IMG/VR virus record: IMGVR_UViG_3300045988_134731
Location: 64,001 to 128,000 of that record
From: a virus
Direction: 5' to 3' (one strand)
DNA: 64,000 nucleotides
In this document: positions 18,999-29,002 of the stretch, piece by piece
Position numbering within the stretch: the stretch's first letter is position 1
How the letters are laid out: each line of letters begins with the position of its first letter
Translations under genes and position numbers: made by a program
The notes under the pieces: generated by a model
Told to the model about the DNA's origin: nothing
Databases searched by the model: none
What the model saw: only the letters and a program-made list of their open reading frames with translations

Positions 18999-19700
18999 TT
19001 AATAATTTATTGCATTTTCTTTATTTATAAAGAAATGTATTCCAGTACTACATTCATTCCATCTATTATTATCAAAATTATCCACATGTACTATTTCTCC
19101 AACTCTATATATAAAATTACTATCATGGTTACTATTTATCTTAGTTATTTTCTCTTCTGTTTCAATATTTTCTATATCTAATACTTTAGCTTTGTTACAT
19201 CTACATTTTGAAGTAGTTGCACTACTTCTTTTAGCATCTTCTAATATCAATAACTTAACTATACATCCATTAGCTTTCTTATATCCTATAAAACTCCCTT
19301 CTTCTGGACAAGCTAAATTATAACCAATAGTATGAATATTTGTTTTTATATCTTTTAAATTAGCATTACTTAAATCAGCATTGCTTAAATTAGCATTACT
19401 TAAATTACTATTACTTAAATTAGAATAACTTAAATCAGCATGACTTAAATTGGTATATCTTAAATCAGTATATCTTAAATCTACACATCTTAAATTGGTA
19501 TATCTTAAATCAGTATTGCTTAAATCAGTATTGCTTAAATTAGCATATTTTAAATCAGCATATTTTAAATTAACATATTCTAAATCAGCATTTTCTAAAT
19601 TGGCACATCTTAAATTAGCACGTTTTCCTCCTTTTCCTTTTACCCACAATTCATGCTCCTTTAATATTTTATTTAATTCCTCTTGATTTATATTTCTCAT
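18999..19700 (-). CDS. pentapeptide-repeat protein
   Basis: About 18 consecutive A(D/N)LxX repeats (ANLRCANLENADLEYVNLKYADL...). The C-terminal domain ends CSTGIHFF. Confidence 0.8.
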   Translation of the reverse strand: MRNINQEELNKILKEHELWVKGKGGKRANLRCANLENADLEYVNLKYADLKYANLSNTDLSNTDLRYTNLRCVDLRYTDLRYTNLSHADLSYSNLSNSNLSNANLSNADLSNANLKDIKTNIHTIGYNLACPEEGSFIGYKKANGCIVKLLILEDAKRSSATTSKCRCNKAKVLDIENIETEEKITKINSNHDSNFIYRVGEIVHVDNFDNNRWNECSTGIHFFINKENAINY

Positions 19701-19760
19701 AATATCAACTCCTTATACATATAATTATATCACTTTTTATATAAAAATCAATACCTTTTA

Positions 19761-20333
19761 TTAATTATTTTTAATTTCTTTTATTACATCTTTGATTAAA
19801 TTAATTTTTCTATTAATTGTCACACTGCTTACATTTAATGTTTTAGAAATTTCATTTTGCTTGTATCCATCCATCAACATATTCATGATTATATGTAATT
19901 CTTCTGCATTAATTTTATTGTATTTTCCCACATTACGCATTGCAATTATATCATCAAATTCTTTTAACAATTCCATATATTCAATATCTTTATATTTCAA
20001 ATCTATTTTTCCTATGGTATCTAATAGAGTGGTCTGTTCTTTATCATCGTCAGATATATTAACATCCATAGATATAAGTACATCTTTGTCTCTATAAACA
20101 TTATCTCTTAAATATACATTGTATGAATTATATATTATTGCACAAATAAAACTTTTTATATTTCCTTTAGTAGAATCAAATTTGTTTTTAGCACTCCAAA
20201 GCTCCAGTAATGAATGTTGAATCATGTCATCTTTGAATTTGAAAAATCCATTATAATTTTTATTATATATCTTACCAGCCAATTCTAAAGATAAATTCAC
20301 ATATTCTGTATCACTTATCATTGTTTTACTCAT
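19761..20333 (-). CDS. small sigma-70-family factor (regions 2 and 4 only)
   Basis: DDMIQHSLLELW...FICAIIYNSYNVYLRD is region-2-like. GYKQNEISKTLNVSSVTINRKINLIKDVI is a region 4.2 HTH. Confidence 0.65.
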   Translation of the reverse strand: MSKTMISDTEYVNLSLELAGKIYNKNYNGFFKFKDDMIQHSLLELWSAKNKFDSTKGNIKSFICAIIYNSYNVYLRDNVYRDKDVLISMDVNISDDDKEQTTLLDTIGKIDLKYKDIEYMELLKEFDDIIAMRNVGKYNKINAEELHIIMNMLMDGYKQNEISKTLNVSSVTINRKINLIKDVIKEIKNN

Positions 20334-20371
20334 CCCTTATTTCCCCCATTTCTTTTGTATATTAATTATTT

Positions 20372-20761
20372 TTAAACTATTTCCCAAGATATTATTATAA
20401 AATTATTTATTTCGTAATAATTATTATTTGAATAAGTTATACCATAATCATCATAGTCATATGCCGTATTACTTCCATAACTATTAAAGTTATCGGTATC
20501 TTTTAGACTACTACCACTTGCCCACGTATAACCTTTATCGGATAAAAAATATAAAAAATCTTCTGCTTTTTCTTTAGTATTGCAATTTACAGCTATGTCC
20601 TCATATATGAATTTATTTAAATCTATAGTATTTTTATTCCATGTCATTTCGCCTAAACATTCTTTTATTTTTGTTAAAAGGTTATACTCCATACAATTAT
20701 TAGTATTTGATAATATTTTTTTAAGATAATTTAATTCTTCTTGTGTCATTTCTATTTTCAT
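20372..20761 (-). CDS. hypothetical protein (start trimmed to ATG at 20761)
   Basis: AAAGGGGATGA RBS before MKIEMTQEE. The C-terminal IDLNKF..AVNC..KAEDF domain is shared with 21428 and 22240. Confidence 0.55.
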   Translation of the reverse strand: MKIEMTQEELNYLKKILSNTNNCMEYNLLTKIKECLGEMTWNKNTIDLNKFIYEDIAVNCNTKEKAEDFLYFLSDKGYTWASGSSLKDTDNFNSYGSNTAYDYDDYGITYSNNNYYEINNFIIISWEIV

Positions 20762-20777
20762 AATATCATCCCCTTTA

Positions 20778-21338
20778 TTAATTATTTTCATTTATTTCAT
20801 TTATTATAAATCTCATTCTATGAATTTTCTTCTTTACAGTATTCTGACTGCAACCAAACATCTTAGACACTTCAGATTGTGTGTAGCCTTTATCTAATAA
20901 TTCAATAATTTTATGTAATTCATTTATATTCATTTTTCTACTTGTTCTTTTGTTTTTATTTATAACATATTTATCAAATTTCTTCATTAGTTCATTAAAT
21001 TCTATATCGTTGTAATGTATATCATCTTTACCTATAATATCCTCTAAACCTAGTATATACCCTTCTTCACTTTCTTGCTCTATATAAGTATATTTGTCTT
21101 GATGTTTATATACAAAGTCTCTAAAGTACTTTTTAAAGCTTCTATCGGCTATCAAATTAAGATAACTATTTAAAGATATATTTTTTCTATTATCGTATCT
21201 TTTTATAGATTTACACATTTCTAAAATTGCTAGTCCTATTGCATCATCTCTATCATTAGGAAATTGTTTATATTTTTTATTCCATGTTCCCTTTGCTACA
21301 CTCATTATTAGATTCCCTTTTTCCTCACTAATTTTCAT
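20778..21338 (-). CDS. small sigma-70-family factor (second copy)
   Basis: DDAIGLAILEM...LNLIADRSFKKYFRD is region-2-like. GYTQSEVSKMFGCSQNTVKKKIHRMR is a region 4.2 HTH. Confidence 0.65.
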   Translation of the reverse strand: MKISEEKGNLIMSVAKGTWNKKYKQFPNDRDDAIGLAILEMCKSIKRYDNRKNISLNSYLNLIADRSFKKYFRDFVYKHQDKYTYIEQESEEGYILGLEDIIGKDDIHYNDIEFNELMKKFDKYVINKNKRTSRKMNINELHKIIELLDKGYTQSEVSKMFGCSQNTVKKKIHRMRFIINEINENN

Positions 21339-21388
21339 ATTTATTCCCTCCTTTATTTATCTTATATATATTATAACACATTCTCATT

Positions 21389-21418
21389 AGAAGTCAACAC
21401 CTCTAATGAGAATTTTAT
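21389..21418 (-). terminator. perfect 10-bp inverted repeat (TCTCATTAGA-N10-TCTAATGAGA)
   Basis: Lies between the stop of 21428 and the promoter region of the sigma gene. It could act as a terminator or an operator. Confidence 0.4.
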
Positions 21419-21427
21419 TAATTATTT

Positions 21428-22060
21428 TTATACTTCAACTAATTTAATTGGTATGTTATGATTCAAACAATATTCTCTTTCTATCATACATCCTTTACTG
21501 TTAACAAAATCTTTATCTATAACCCACATCTCCTTGCAAGTCTTTAAAAGTTCTATACAAAGGTCTATGCCTGCGTCATAAGGATAACTATCGTATAAGT
21601 AGCCGAATGTATGTACAGGGCTTATAAATACGTAATTTGGATATTCTTTAACTAATCTTTTGACCTTATATTCTATATCTCTTTTGTTTTCTTTTAATCC
21701 ACTATAGGAATGAGATATATAAATTTTCTTTATGAATTCAGTTCTTTCTATTTCATCAAATGATATTATGTTTGTTTCTTTATTAATTATTTCCCATTCG
21801 TATATTTTGTAATATTTATCATAAAAACCTATTGAGGAATAACTTAATCCTGTTTCGTCAAATCTATAACAAGTTTCACGCCCAAATTCGTAATTTTTTA
21901 TATTATATTTTGTCAATTTATCTCTACTGCACCAAATTATACCTTCATCATCTAAATATTTAAATAAATCTATTGATTCTTTTTCTGTTTTACAGTTGAT
22001 AACTATATTTCCTTTTTTGAATTCTTCTATGTCTAATGTATTTCTATTTAATTTATTCAT
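21428..22060 (-). CDS. two-domain protein; C-terminal part resembles nucleoside 2-deoxyribosyltransferase-like (DUF4406-type) proteins
   Basis: KIYISHSYSG...FISPVHTF...LCIELLKTCKEMWVI pattern, recalled from memory. The N-terminal domain is shared with 20372 and 22240. Confidence 0.35.
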   Translation of the reverse strand: MNKLNRNTLDIEEFKKGNIVINCKTEKESIDLFKYLDDEGIIWCSRDKLTKYNIKNYEFGRETCYRFDETGLSYSSIGFYDKYYKIYEWEIINKETNIISFDEIERTEFIKKIYISHSYSGLKENKRDIEYKVKRLVKEYPNYVFISPVHTFGYLYDSYPYDAGIDLCIELLKTCKEMWVIDKDFVNSKGCMIEREYCLNHNIPIKLVEV

Positions 22061-22061
22061 A

Positions 22062-22524
22062 TTATATAACCTCCCATTTTATTATTTTATAATTTTGACT
22101 TCTGTAATAGGTTGTGCTAGCATACAATATTCCCATATCTTCAAAGTTGTAACCCGTTCTGTTTTCATACATAAAATAGTAAGTTTCTATTCCTAAAGGT
22201 TTGCCTGTTCCTCAAATAAATTCATGTTCTTTTAAAACGTTAAAAAAAATCATTCACTTTCTCTTCAGTATCGCACCAAACAGCAACTCTACCATTTACA
22301 AATTCTTCTAAATCAATAGTATCTCTATTCCAAATATATTCATATTCAAAATAACTCATTATTTTTTCAATCAAAGCATTCTTTTTGTTAAAATACGGGC
22401 AATTCACACAATCAAACGGTTTATATTGATATTCTTCAATTATACAACCCGATTCACATTCATTTGTATTGCTGATTAATATTTTTAACACTTCAAATTC
22501 TTTATCAGTTAATTCTATTTCCAT
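22062..22524 (-). pseudogene. decayed paralog of 20372..20761
   Basis: The intact part (22240-22524) ends VNDFF-stop at an A8/T8 run (22242-22249). The homologous C-terminus (...YNFEDMGILYASTTYYRSQNYKIIKWEVI) continues in another frame after an in-frame TGA at 22212-22214. Confidence 0.5.
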
Positions 22525-22525
22525 A

Positions 22526-22726
22526 TTAATCCTCCCATTCAAAATCATAAGTTACCTTACCTTGTTTAAAATGATAATATATATCATTAAATTCTCTTGT
22601 TATTTTCACACATTTAAATAAATCGTGATAATCATTCACATATATCGTATCTCCTAATTTATAATCATAGTTTGTTTTCATACACTCCATCACACCATTA
22701 CAATACATTAATTCTAAAAATTTCAT
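22526..22726 (-). CDS. hypothetical protein
   Basis: ORF with a GGAAGGAA RBS. Confidence 0.55.
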   Translation of the reverse strand: MKFLELMYCNGVMECMKTNYDYKLGDTIYVNDYHDLFKCVKITREFNDIYYHFKQGKVTYDFEWED

Positions 22727-22787
22727 AATTACATTCCTTCCTTTTTATTAATTATTTAGTTTTCAATATTATTCGTCAATAAGTTTA

Positions 22788-23399
22788 TTAATTATTTTTC
22801 AACTTACACCATTTTCTATAAACTGTATGATATTCTTCCCATGAATTGTCTAAAACGAATCCTTCATTTGCATTGATTACATCGACAATTCCTCCGTCAC
22901 AACGATACATCCAAACCTTTATGTCTTTTTCTGCAACCAAATCCATACTGAAATAATATTTCTTATTTTTATCAAATATAACTTCTTTTGAATTATTATT
23001 TATAAGTTTATCTTCTAAATTATCTAATGATAAAATTCCCGAGTCTGCCCAATGGTCATTTTTATCTATACCAAAAAATATTTTTCCTTCAAATTCTTTA
23101 GGTTTACCACCTTGAAAACTTGATTTTGTTTGTATTGTTCCTATAATGTTATTTATAATATCATTTCCATATATATTTTCTTTTTCTATGGATTTAACAT
23201 CTACTTCTATTTTATTGCAACTATAAGGAAATACAACATATTCCTCACCTTCTACTTTAATTACACCTATATATTCAGTTTCTGTCTCTACGATTTTATT
23301 ATGGCATAAATTAGTCCAATTAGGAATGTTCCCATTATAAAGATAATACTTATTTTTATCAAATATATATAAAGTGTCTAAATCAAATTTATCCAACAT
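22788..23399 (-). CDS. hypothetical protein
   Basis: ORF with a GGAGG RBS. It ends in NN-stop inside the 15-mer. Confidence 0.6.
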   Translation of the reverse strand: MLDKFDLDTLYIFDKNKYYLYNGNIPNWTNLCHNKIVETETEYIGVIKVEGEEYVVFPYSCNKIEVDVKSIEKENIYGNDIINNIIGTIQTKSSFQGGKPKEFEGKIFFGIDKNDHWADSGILSLDNLEDKLINNNSKEVIFDKNKKYYFSMDLVAEKDIKVWMYRCDGGIVDVINANEGFVLDNSWEEYHTVYRKWCKLKNN

Positions 23400-23463
23400 A
23401 TTTTTTCCTCCTTATACTTATAATTATATAACCTTTTATATCATTTGTCAATAAGTTTATTAA

Positions 23464-24048
23464 TTATTTTAGCTTTAAATTATGTAACTTTTTAATTTTT
23501 TCTTTTTTCTCACCATTGCTTTCAGTATAATACTTTTCATTATATCGTTTAATGCTTGCTTCGTCTTTTATAGGTTTTTCTTTTTGTATATAATTACTTA
23601 AAGCATCCAATATTGTATTGTAAGCTTTATCAAATCCGTATAATTTACGATTTTCATTTTCTGTAATTCTACGCTTAGTTAATTGATTTTTCATATCATT
23701 TAAAAATTCTAATTGTTTTATTTCTTCTAATTCTCCTAAGTCTAATTCTTCAAGTTGATGATATAATTTATTTTTAACATTACCATAATTATGCTCTTCT
23801 CTTGTTACTTCTACTTGGTATTTACCAAGCTCTATTAAGTCATCTATAAGATTATTATATAACTTTTCAAAAGACTTTTTACCTGTATGTTTTACAAATT
23901 GCACTTTATCATCTTTATAAACTGTTATTTCAGCAGGTATATTTGAATATTCTTGTTTAATTTCATTATATTTTTCCATACACTCTTTATAACTATCTGC
24001 TTTCAAAGAGAAACTGCCATATTTTAATCCAATTTTTATTTTATACAT
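23464..24048 (-). CDS. hypothetical protein
   Basis: ORF with a GGGGGAAAG RBS. Confidence 0.6.
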   Translation of the reverse strand: MYKIKIGLKYGSFSLKADSYKECMEKYNEIKQEYSNIPAEITVYKDDKVQFVKHTGKKSFEKLYNNLIDDLIELGKYQVEVTREEHNYGNVKNKLYHQLEELDLGELEEIKQLEFLNDMKNQLTKRRITENENRKLYGFDKAYNTILDALSNYIQKEKPIKDEASIKRYNEKYYTESNGEKKEKIKKLHNLKLK

Positions 24049-24085
24049 CTTCTTTCCCCCTTATACATTATTTTATTAATTATTT

Positions 24086-24304
24086 TTAAACTTCTAAATC
24101 GAATCCCCTTAAATGATTATAATAACTTTCTCTTTTATCTGCTCTGTCTAACACATCCACTCTACATTGAAGAAAATCTATAACCTTTTCTAAAAACTCA
24201 TCGTCAAAATCTTGATTAATTTCTTTACAATATATAGCGTCTTCTTCTACGCTATTTGCTACTATTTCGTACGCTTCTTTAACATTCATAGTACCTAATC
24301 TCAT
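24086..24304 (-). CDS. hypothetical protein
   Basis: ORF with a GGGGGA RBS. Confidence 0.55.
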   Translation of the reverse strand: MRLGTMNVKEAYEIVANSVEEDAIYCKEINQDFDDEFLEKVIDFLQCRVDVLDRADKRESYYNHLRGFDLEV

Positions 24305-24337
24305 ATTAATTTCCCCCTTTATTTTATCTTTTGTATA

Positions 24338-24682
24338 TTATATTTCTTTGCACCAATTCACAAATACGATGTAAGCTTCACCTTTGTCATTGAAACAATA
24401 ACCATTTTTTTTATTTTCAACTTTGACTGGTTTACCATCTATTTCTATTTGCCACCCACTCAACTCTCCTAAATGTTTTGATATTAATCTCTTATCAAAT
24501 ACATATTGTTTTCCTACTTCAAACTCTTCTACTTTATCTCCTAAGCACATACATTGACTAGGTAAAATTATTTTTTCTTCACCATTTTCTGGTATAATCC
24601 CAGTAAATTCATCCACAATTGTTACAAGCTCTCCTTCATATATATAATTTTTGCTTGAATCAAATAAATCTACATTTTTCAT
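24338..24682 (-). CDS. hypothetical protein
   Basis: ORF with a GGAG RBS. Confidence 0.6.
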   Translation of the reverse strand: MKNVDLFDSSKNYIYEGELVTIVDEFTGIIPENGEEKIILPSQCMCLGDKVEEFEVGKQYVFDKRLISKHLGELSGWQIEIDGKPVKVENKKNGYCFNDKGEAYIVFVNWCKEI

Positions 24683-24775
24683 ATTACCAACTCCTTAATT
24701 TTTATTTATTATGTATTAAGTATATCATAACCAAATTATTTTTGTCAATACATTTTATTAATTATTTATAAATTT

Positions 24776-25555
24776 TTAGTCTGTAATTTCAACTTCATAA
24801 TTATACAAAGCATCATAAAGTTTAATTGGTATCAAATCTTTATAATAATCAGCAACTTCTTTAATATTCTTTTCCTTGTAATACTTGTAAACTTCAAATG
24901 CCTTATCTTGTGTTTCATAAATTCCTAGATGTTTACCTTTTGATTCTCCTGTTTCTGGATTAATCATACTACAATGTACTATATATTTACCATTTTTAAG
25001 AGAACTTGTTCCTATAACTGATTCTCCTCTTGATTTATCACGTTTGATAAATAAACCATTAATTTTTTGAGGTACAAATACACAAGTATCCGGTGAATAA
25101 ATCTTATTGTGCTTTACTAAAATATCTTTATCTAAATGCATTATTTCATCTTTTACTTCATAATAGTTATCATAATACCACTTAGCAAAATTTTGAAAAT
25201 TTAACCAATCTTCGTCAACTTCACAATTAGTATATGTAGGTTGTTTCTTGTGGTATTTAGAATCATAACATCTATATAACATATTATGCCATGTATCATA
25301 AACTCTAGTATTTTTACCATTCTCTTTTACTTTATACTCCCCTTCTCCCGGATAACCAACTTCATATACTTTTCTCTCATAAGGGCAACTAATTTTACCT
25401 TTTTTAAAGTTATCATATCGTCTATTTTTAGCAGTCCAATTATACTCTGGGAAATAGACGTCAATATCTCTATTTGTTCTATACTCTACAATTATCATTT
25501 TACTGCCAAAATTATTTATTCCTCTTTCGCCTGTTCTATCTATTTTGTTATTCAT
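24776..25555 (-). CDS. AP2-like DNA-binding protein (paralog family)
   Basis: Collinear with 16729 and 34984 (KIDRTGERG..NNFGS...YDTWHNMLYRCY...LGIYETQDKAFEVYKYYKE). Confidence 0.65.
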   Translation of the reverse strand: MNNKIDRTGERGINNFGSKMIIVEYRTNRDIDVYFPEYNWTAKNRRYDNFKKGKISCPYERKVYEVGYPGEGEYKVKENGKNTRVYDTWHNMLYRCYDSKYHKKQPTYTNCEVDEDWLNFQNFAKWYYDNYYEVKDEIMHLDKDILVKHNKIYSPDTCVFVPQKINGLFIKRDKSRGESVIGTSSLKNGKYIVHCSMINPETGESKGKHLGIYETQDKAFEVYKYYKEKNIKEVADYYKDLIPIKLYDALYNYEVEITD

Positions 25556-25580
25556 AATATATCATCCCCTTTATTAATTA

Positions 25581-25892
25581 TTATTTATAAATTTTATAAA
25601 AAGTAATTAAATCATACATTCCCTTTGTTCCTCTTATAATAAACCACTTTTTAAATTGTTCCTTACTTATATGAGTATATATTCTCGCACATTCTGAATC
25701 TGGTATGTCCTCAAATATAACATTATTAACTAAGAAGTTTTTGAATGTTTCATAATCTGATTGATTATAAAGTGTATCTATTATCTTGTAATTTTTTTGC
25801 TGATTTATTTTTATATTTTTAATTCTTTCTTTATTTTTTTCAATTATATTCCCACCTGCACAATTAATAGGTTTAATTATCATATTTATCAT
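25581..25892 (-). CDS. hypothetical protein
   Basis: ORF with a GGGGGA RBS. The start is ambiguous between two ATGs. Confidence 0.55.
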   Translation of the reverse strand: MINMIIKPINCAGGNIIEKNKERIKNIKINQQKNYKIIDTLYNQSDYETFKNFLVNNVIFEDIPDSECARIYTHISKEQFKKWFIIRGTKGMYDLITFYKIYK

Positions 25893-26110
25893 TTATCCCC
25901 CTTGTTTTTATTTTATATATATATTATATGATGTTTATTATAATTTATCAACTGTTTTATTAATTATTTTTAAAATTAAATAAAAATAATAGTAATCCAA
26001 ATATTATACTCAATTATATTATACCACCTATGCATATTATATATTTCATATTTATCACCCCTTTTATATAATAATAGTACATCTTGATATATTTGTCAAT
26101 AAGAATGAGT

Positions 26111-26139
26111 AAAAAAATAGAAGGTATTAAACACCTTCT
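26111..26139 (-). terminator. rho-independent terminator
   Basis: AGAAGGT-N7-ACCTTCT stem followed by T7 on the minus strand, just downstream of the 26154 stop. Confidence 0.6.
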
Positions 26140-26153
26140 GAAACTTTTATTAA

Positions 26154-27155
26154 TTATTTAACCACATTCTTTATATTATCTAATAATTTATCTAAATCAA
26201 TTTCAAATAATTTAACTGATAATTCATACAGTTCATTTAATTGATTTAATACTTTATCTATATATTCAAGTTTATTTTCTTTTATTTTCTTTGTAACTTT
26301 TATCTCTTCTCCTAAATTATTTATTATCTTACCTTTATAAACTAAATTACTCATTCTCTTAGATAAATCTAAATGATATTTCTTTTCAAATTCAGAATAC
26401 AATAAATTCCATCTATCTGTAACTTTATCTATACCATTAATCCTTATTATTTGATTTAATCTTTGTCTTTTTTCAGCTAAAGTTATATTCTCTGCAAGCC
26501 CCTCTATAACGCCACTCTTATGTTTGCTTTCCTTTTCTAATTCTAGTATCCTTTTATTCTTTAATTCAAATAATTTGGCATTGATTTCATTCATTTTCAC
26601 TAAATCACCAGACATCATAGCGTCAACATAATCAACTTTTAATCTTGTTTCCTCATCAATTTCATTCGATATTGTATCAATGTTACCATTGCCATTTTCT
26701 GCATCGTGTACTATATCTAATATTCTTTTTCTCAACTCTTTTGCTATTTCTGAATCTCTTAATAGCATACCTATATTTAATAGAGTGCGTTTTGTCATAA
26801 GATACATACCTCTGTTTGGAAATATTAATTCATATCCATCATTGAATGTTAATATTGACTTTCCGTTCATTTGTTTATTATTTCTTAAATGTCCTTCTAG
26901 AACTTTTAAGAAATCTTTCTTTTTATATATTTTAAGTCCATTTTCAATTAATTCATCTCTATTGTTTTTAATTAAACTATTTATTGCCTCTAACCCTACC
27001 TCATAATAATCTGCTCCCATTTGTACTGTTATTAAATCTGTATTAGCTATTGTTAGTATATCTTTTACACTTTCTAATATATGTATATTATTTTCAGTCA
27101 TTTGAGTTCTTCTTTCTTTTACATTTATTATTCCATTTTCTATTCTTTTATCCAT
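26154..27155 (-). CDS. hypothetical protein, possibly antirepressor-like
   Basis: The central block NGKSILTFNDGYELIFPNRGMYLMTKRTLLNIGMLLRDSEIAKELR weakly recalls Bro-N/antirepressor domains. It is driven by a class-2 element. Confidence 0.3.
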   Translation of the reverse strand: MDKRIENGIINVKERRTQMTENNIHILESVKDILTIANTDLITVQMGADYYEVGLEAINSLIKNNRDELIENGLKIYKKKDFLKVLEGHLRNNKQMNGKSILTFNDGYELIFPNRGMYLMTKRTLLNIGMLLRDSEIAKELRKRILDIVHDAENGNGNIDTISNEIDEETRLKVDYVDAMMSGDLVKMNEINAKLFELKNKRILELEKESKHKSGVIEGLAENITLAEKRQRLNQIIRINGIDKVTDRWNLLYSEFEKKYHLDLSKRMSNLVYKGKIINNLGEEIKVTKKIKENKLEYIDKVLNQLNELYELSVKLFEIDLDKLLDNIKNVVK

Positions 27156-27261
27156 ATTATCATTCTCCTTTTTATTTATTATTTTTATTGATATTTCATT
27201 AACTTTATTAATTATTTTTATTCTGCACTCAATTTACATCAACTCCTTTCTTATATTACTA

Positions 27262-27293
27262 TATTAACAATTACTATTGAAAAATTACCTATG
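27262..27293 (-). promoter_or_regulatory. class-2 promoter-like element (CATAGGTAAT-N14-TGTTAATA)
   Basis: Exact geometry. It is followed by AAAGGAG and a TTG-ATG-TAA mini-ORF at 27234-27243. Confidence 0.5.
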
Positions 27294-27327
27294 CCTATAA
27301 ACAAAAAAAAGAAACTAGAGATTTTCT

Positions 27328-28200
27328 CTAATTTCTCGAAGAATTACATCCATAATATAAATGGTGATATTTAAAGCTTAACTCATTAGCATTCATATTA
27401 TATCCATTTATATCAAGATAGCTCTTTGTATTTTGTATAGTCCATATAATATTATCTAATGTTTGTAATACAAACATGTCATACATGATTCCACTTTGGT
27501 ATATTCCTGTAGCCGTTAAGGTAACATTTAATCCACCATGTTGTAATTCTTTTGTTAAAACAGTTAATTTTCCACTTAAATTACTACGTTTCATTGGTTC
27601 TAAACCATTATTAGTATATTTATTACATAATGTCTTGAATAAATATTCACTATGCATATTTAAATCATAATAAAGCACATTTCTACTTCTTGTTGTATTA
27701 ACATATACTTCTTGTTCTATTGTATCTTTAACTAACTCTTTCATTATATCATCACACAATATCTTATTTCCATTTACATTTATATAACTATAGTCTTCTG
27801 CTACGTCAGAAATCTTAATTTCTAATAGGTCTTTAAATCCTTTGCCTAATACTTTATTAAATATCATATATATTAATAATTTGTCTTGTGCATTTATAAG
27901 TGAATTGATTATATCTAATATTTGAGTTTTTGTGAAGTATTTAGATTCGTCAAAATATAAACATTTTTCCATTAATTCATCTTCTTTTAAATCGTATTTA
28001 ATTCCCTTTGTATCTAATATTTCTTTTAAAATTCTAAATCCGTCGTAGAAACTACTTCTATTAATTGTCTTTAGATTTTTTATAGCAAAATCTTTTATTA
28101 CTTGTTCATTTATATTTTTTTCACCTATTTCATTAATTAAATCATTCACTTTATTTTCCATTCTATTCATTTTAATTTGTTTATCACACATCTTTTTCAT
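27328..28200 (-). CDS. hypothetical protein
   Basis: ORF with a GGAAGGGG RBS. No confident motif. Confidence 0.6.
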   Translation of the reverse strand: MKKMCDKQIKMNRMENKVNDLINEIGEKNINEQVIKDFAIKNLKTINRSSFYDGFRILKEILDTKGIKYDLKEDELMEKCLYFDESKYFTKTQILDIINSLINAQDKLLIYMIFNKVLGKGFKDLLEIKISDVAEDYSYINVNGNKILCDDIMKELVKDTIEQEVYVNTTRSRNVLYYDLNMHSEYLFKTLCNKYTNNGLEPMKRSNLSGKLTVLTKELQHGGLNVTLTATGIYQSGIMYDMFVLQTLDNIIWTIQNTKSYLDINGYNMNANELSFKYHHLYYGCNSSRN

Positions 28201-28346
28201 TTTAACCCCTTCCTTAGTTGTCTGCCTTGCTTATTATAACATATGATATCCTTAATGACAACTAACTTTATTAATTTTTCTTTTTATATATTATATACAA
28301 ATTAGAGTTTAAATATTCACAATTTATTAATTATTTTGAAAATGAG

Positions 28347-28376
28347 CAAAAAAAAATAAGAGGTTTTATGCCTCTT
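28347..28376 (-). terminator. rho-independent terminator
   Basis: AAGAGG-N7-CCTCTT stem followed by a T-run on the minus strand, downstream of the 28418 stop. Confidence 0.55.
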
Positions 28377-28417
28377 GAAAGTAACGATTATTTAATTCTG
28401 TTTTTAATTACCCTTTA

Positions 28418-28609
28418 TTAATTATTATCAAACTCATCTAAAGTAATCATGTTATCAAATCTTTTTTTTATTCTTCTTTCCCATTCGCGATTCATCACAT
28501 CAAACATACAACTCATACCAAATAACTCTTTACATTTATTTTTTAAATCTTCATTCGTACATATATTATAACACGCAGGCGTATTTATTTTACATTCTTC
28601 ACAATTCAT
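28418..28609 (-). CDS. hypothetical Cys-rich small protein
   Basis: ORF with a GGAGG RBS. It ends in NN-stop. Confidence 0.55.
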   Translation of the reverse strand: MNCEECKINTPACYNICTNEDLKNKCKELFGMSCMFDVMNREWERRIKKRFDNMITLDEFDNN

Positions 28610-28626
28610 TGTATCAACCTCCTTTA

Positions 28627-28884
28627 TTAATTATTTTTATTTATGTAATTGAATACTAAAAAGGTGTTATTCTTTTTATTATACACTAATTCTAAATTAT
28701 ACCATGTAAGTTGAGTATTATAATATAAATCTTGAAAAGCTAATACTATTAATTCTTCATTATCTGGAATGTTCAGTATTTCAGCAAATTCCTTCAGCGT
28801 ATAATTAACAATCAGTGTATCTTCCAATTTCTTTCTACTGTGTTCTATAAAGTCATTTACTTGTTTTTGTTTTAATATATTCAT
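28627..28884 (-). CDS. hypothetical protein (start trimmed to ATG at 28884)
   Basis: AAAAAGGAGGA RBS before MNILKQKQ. Confidence 0.55.
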   Translation of the reverse strand: MNILKQKQVNDFIEHSRKKLEDTLIVNYTLKEFAEILNIPDNEELIVLAFQDLYYNTQLTWYNLELVYNKKNNTFLVFNYINKNN

Positions 28885-29002
28885 AATATATCCTCCTTTT
28901 TTTATTGATTTGATAAAACTATAATATTTAACATAAGTGGACAAGCATCGTTCCACTACAATTGAAAGGTAACGAACCCTGTCCTCTTTTTATAATTAGT
29001 AT

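Noticed and set aside
28935-28990. GC-rich stem-loop GGACAAG…CCCTGTCC (and the 14772-14828 stem) as possible tRNA genes
   Set aside because: I could not draw a cloverleaf with an acceptor stem, anticodon arm and T-arm. I found no tRNA, rRNA or CRISPR features anywhere in the window.
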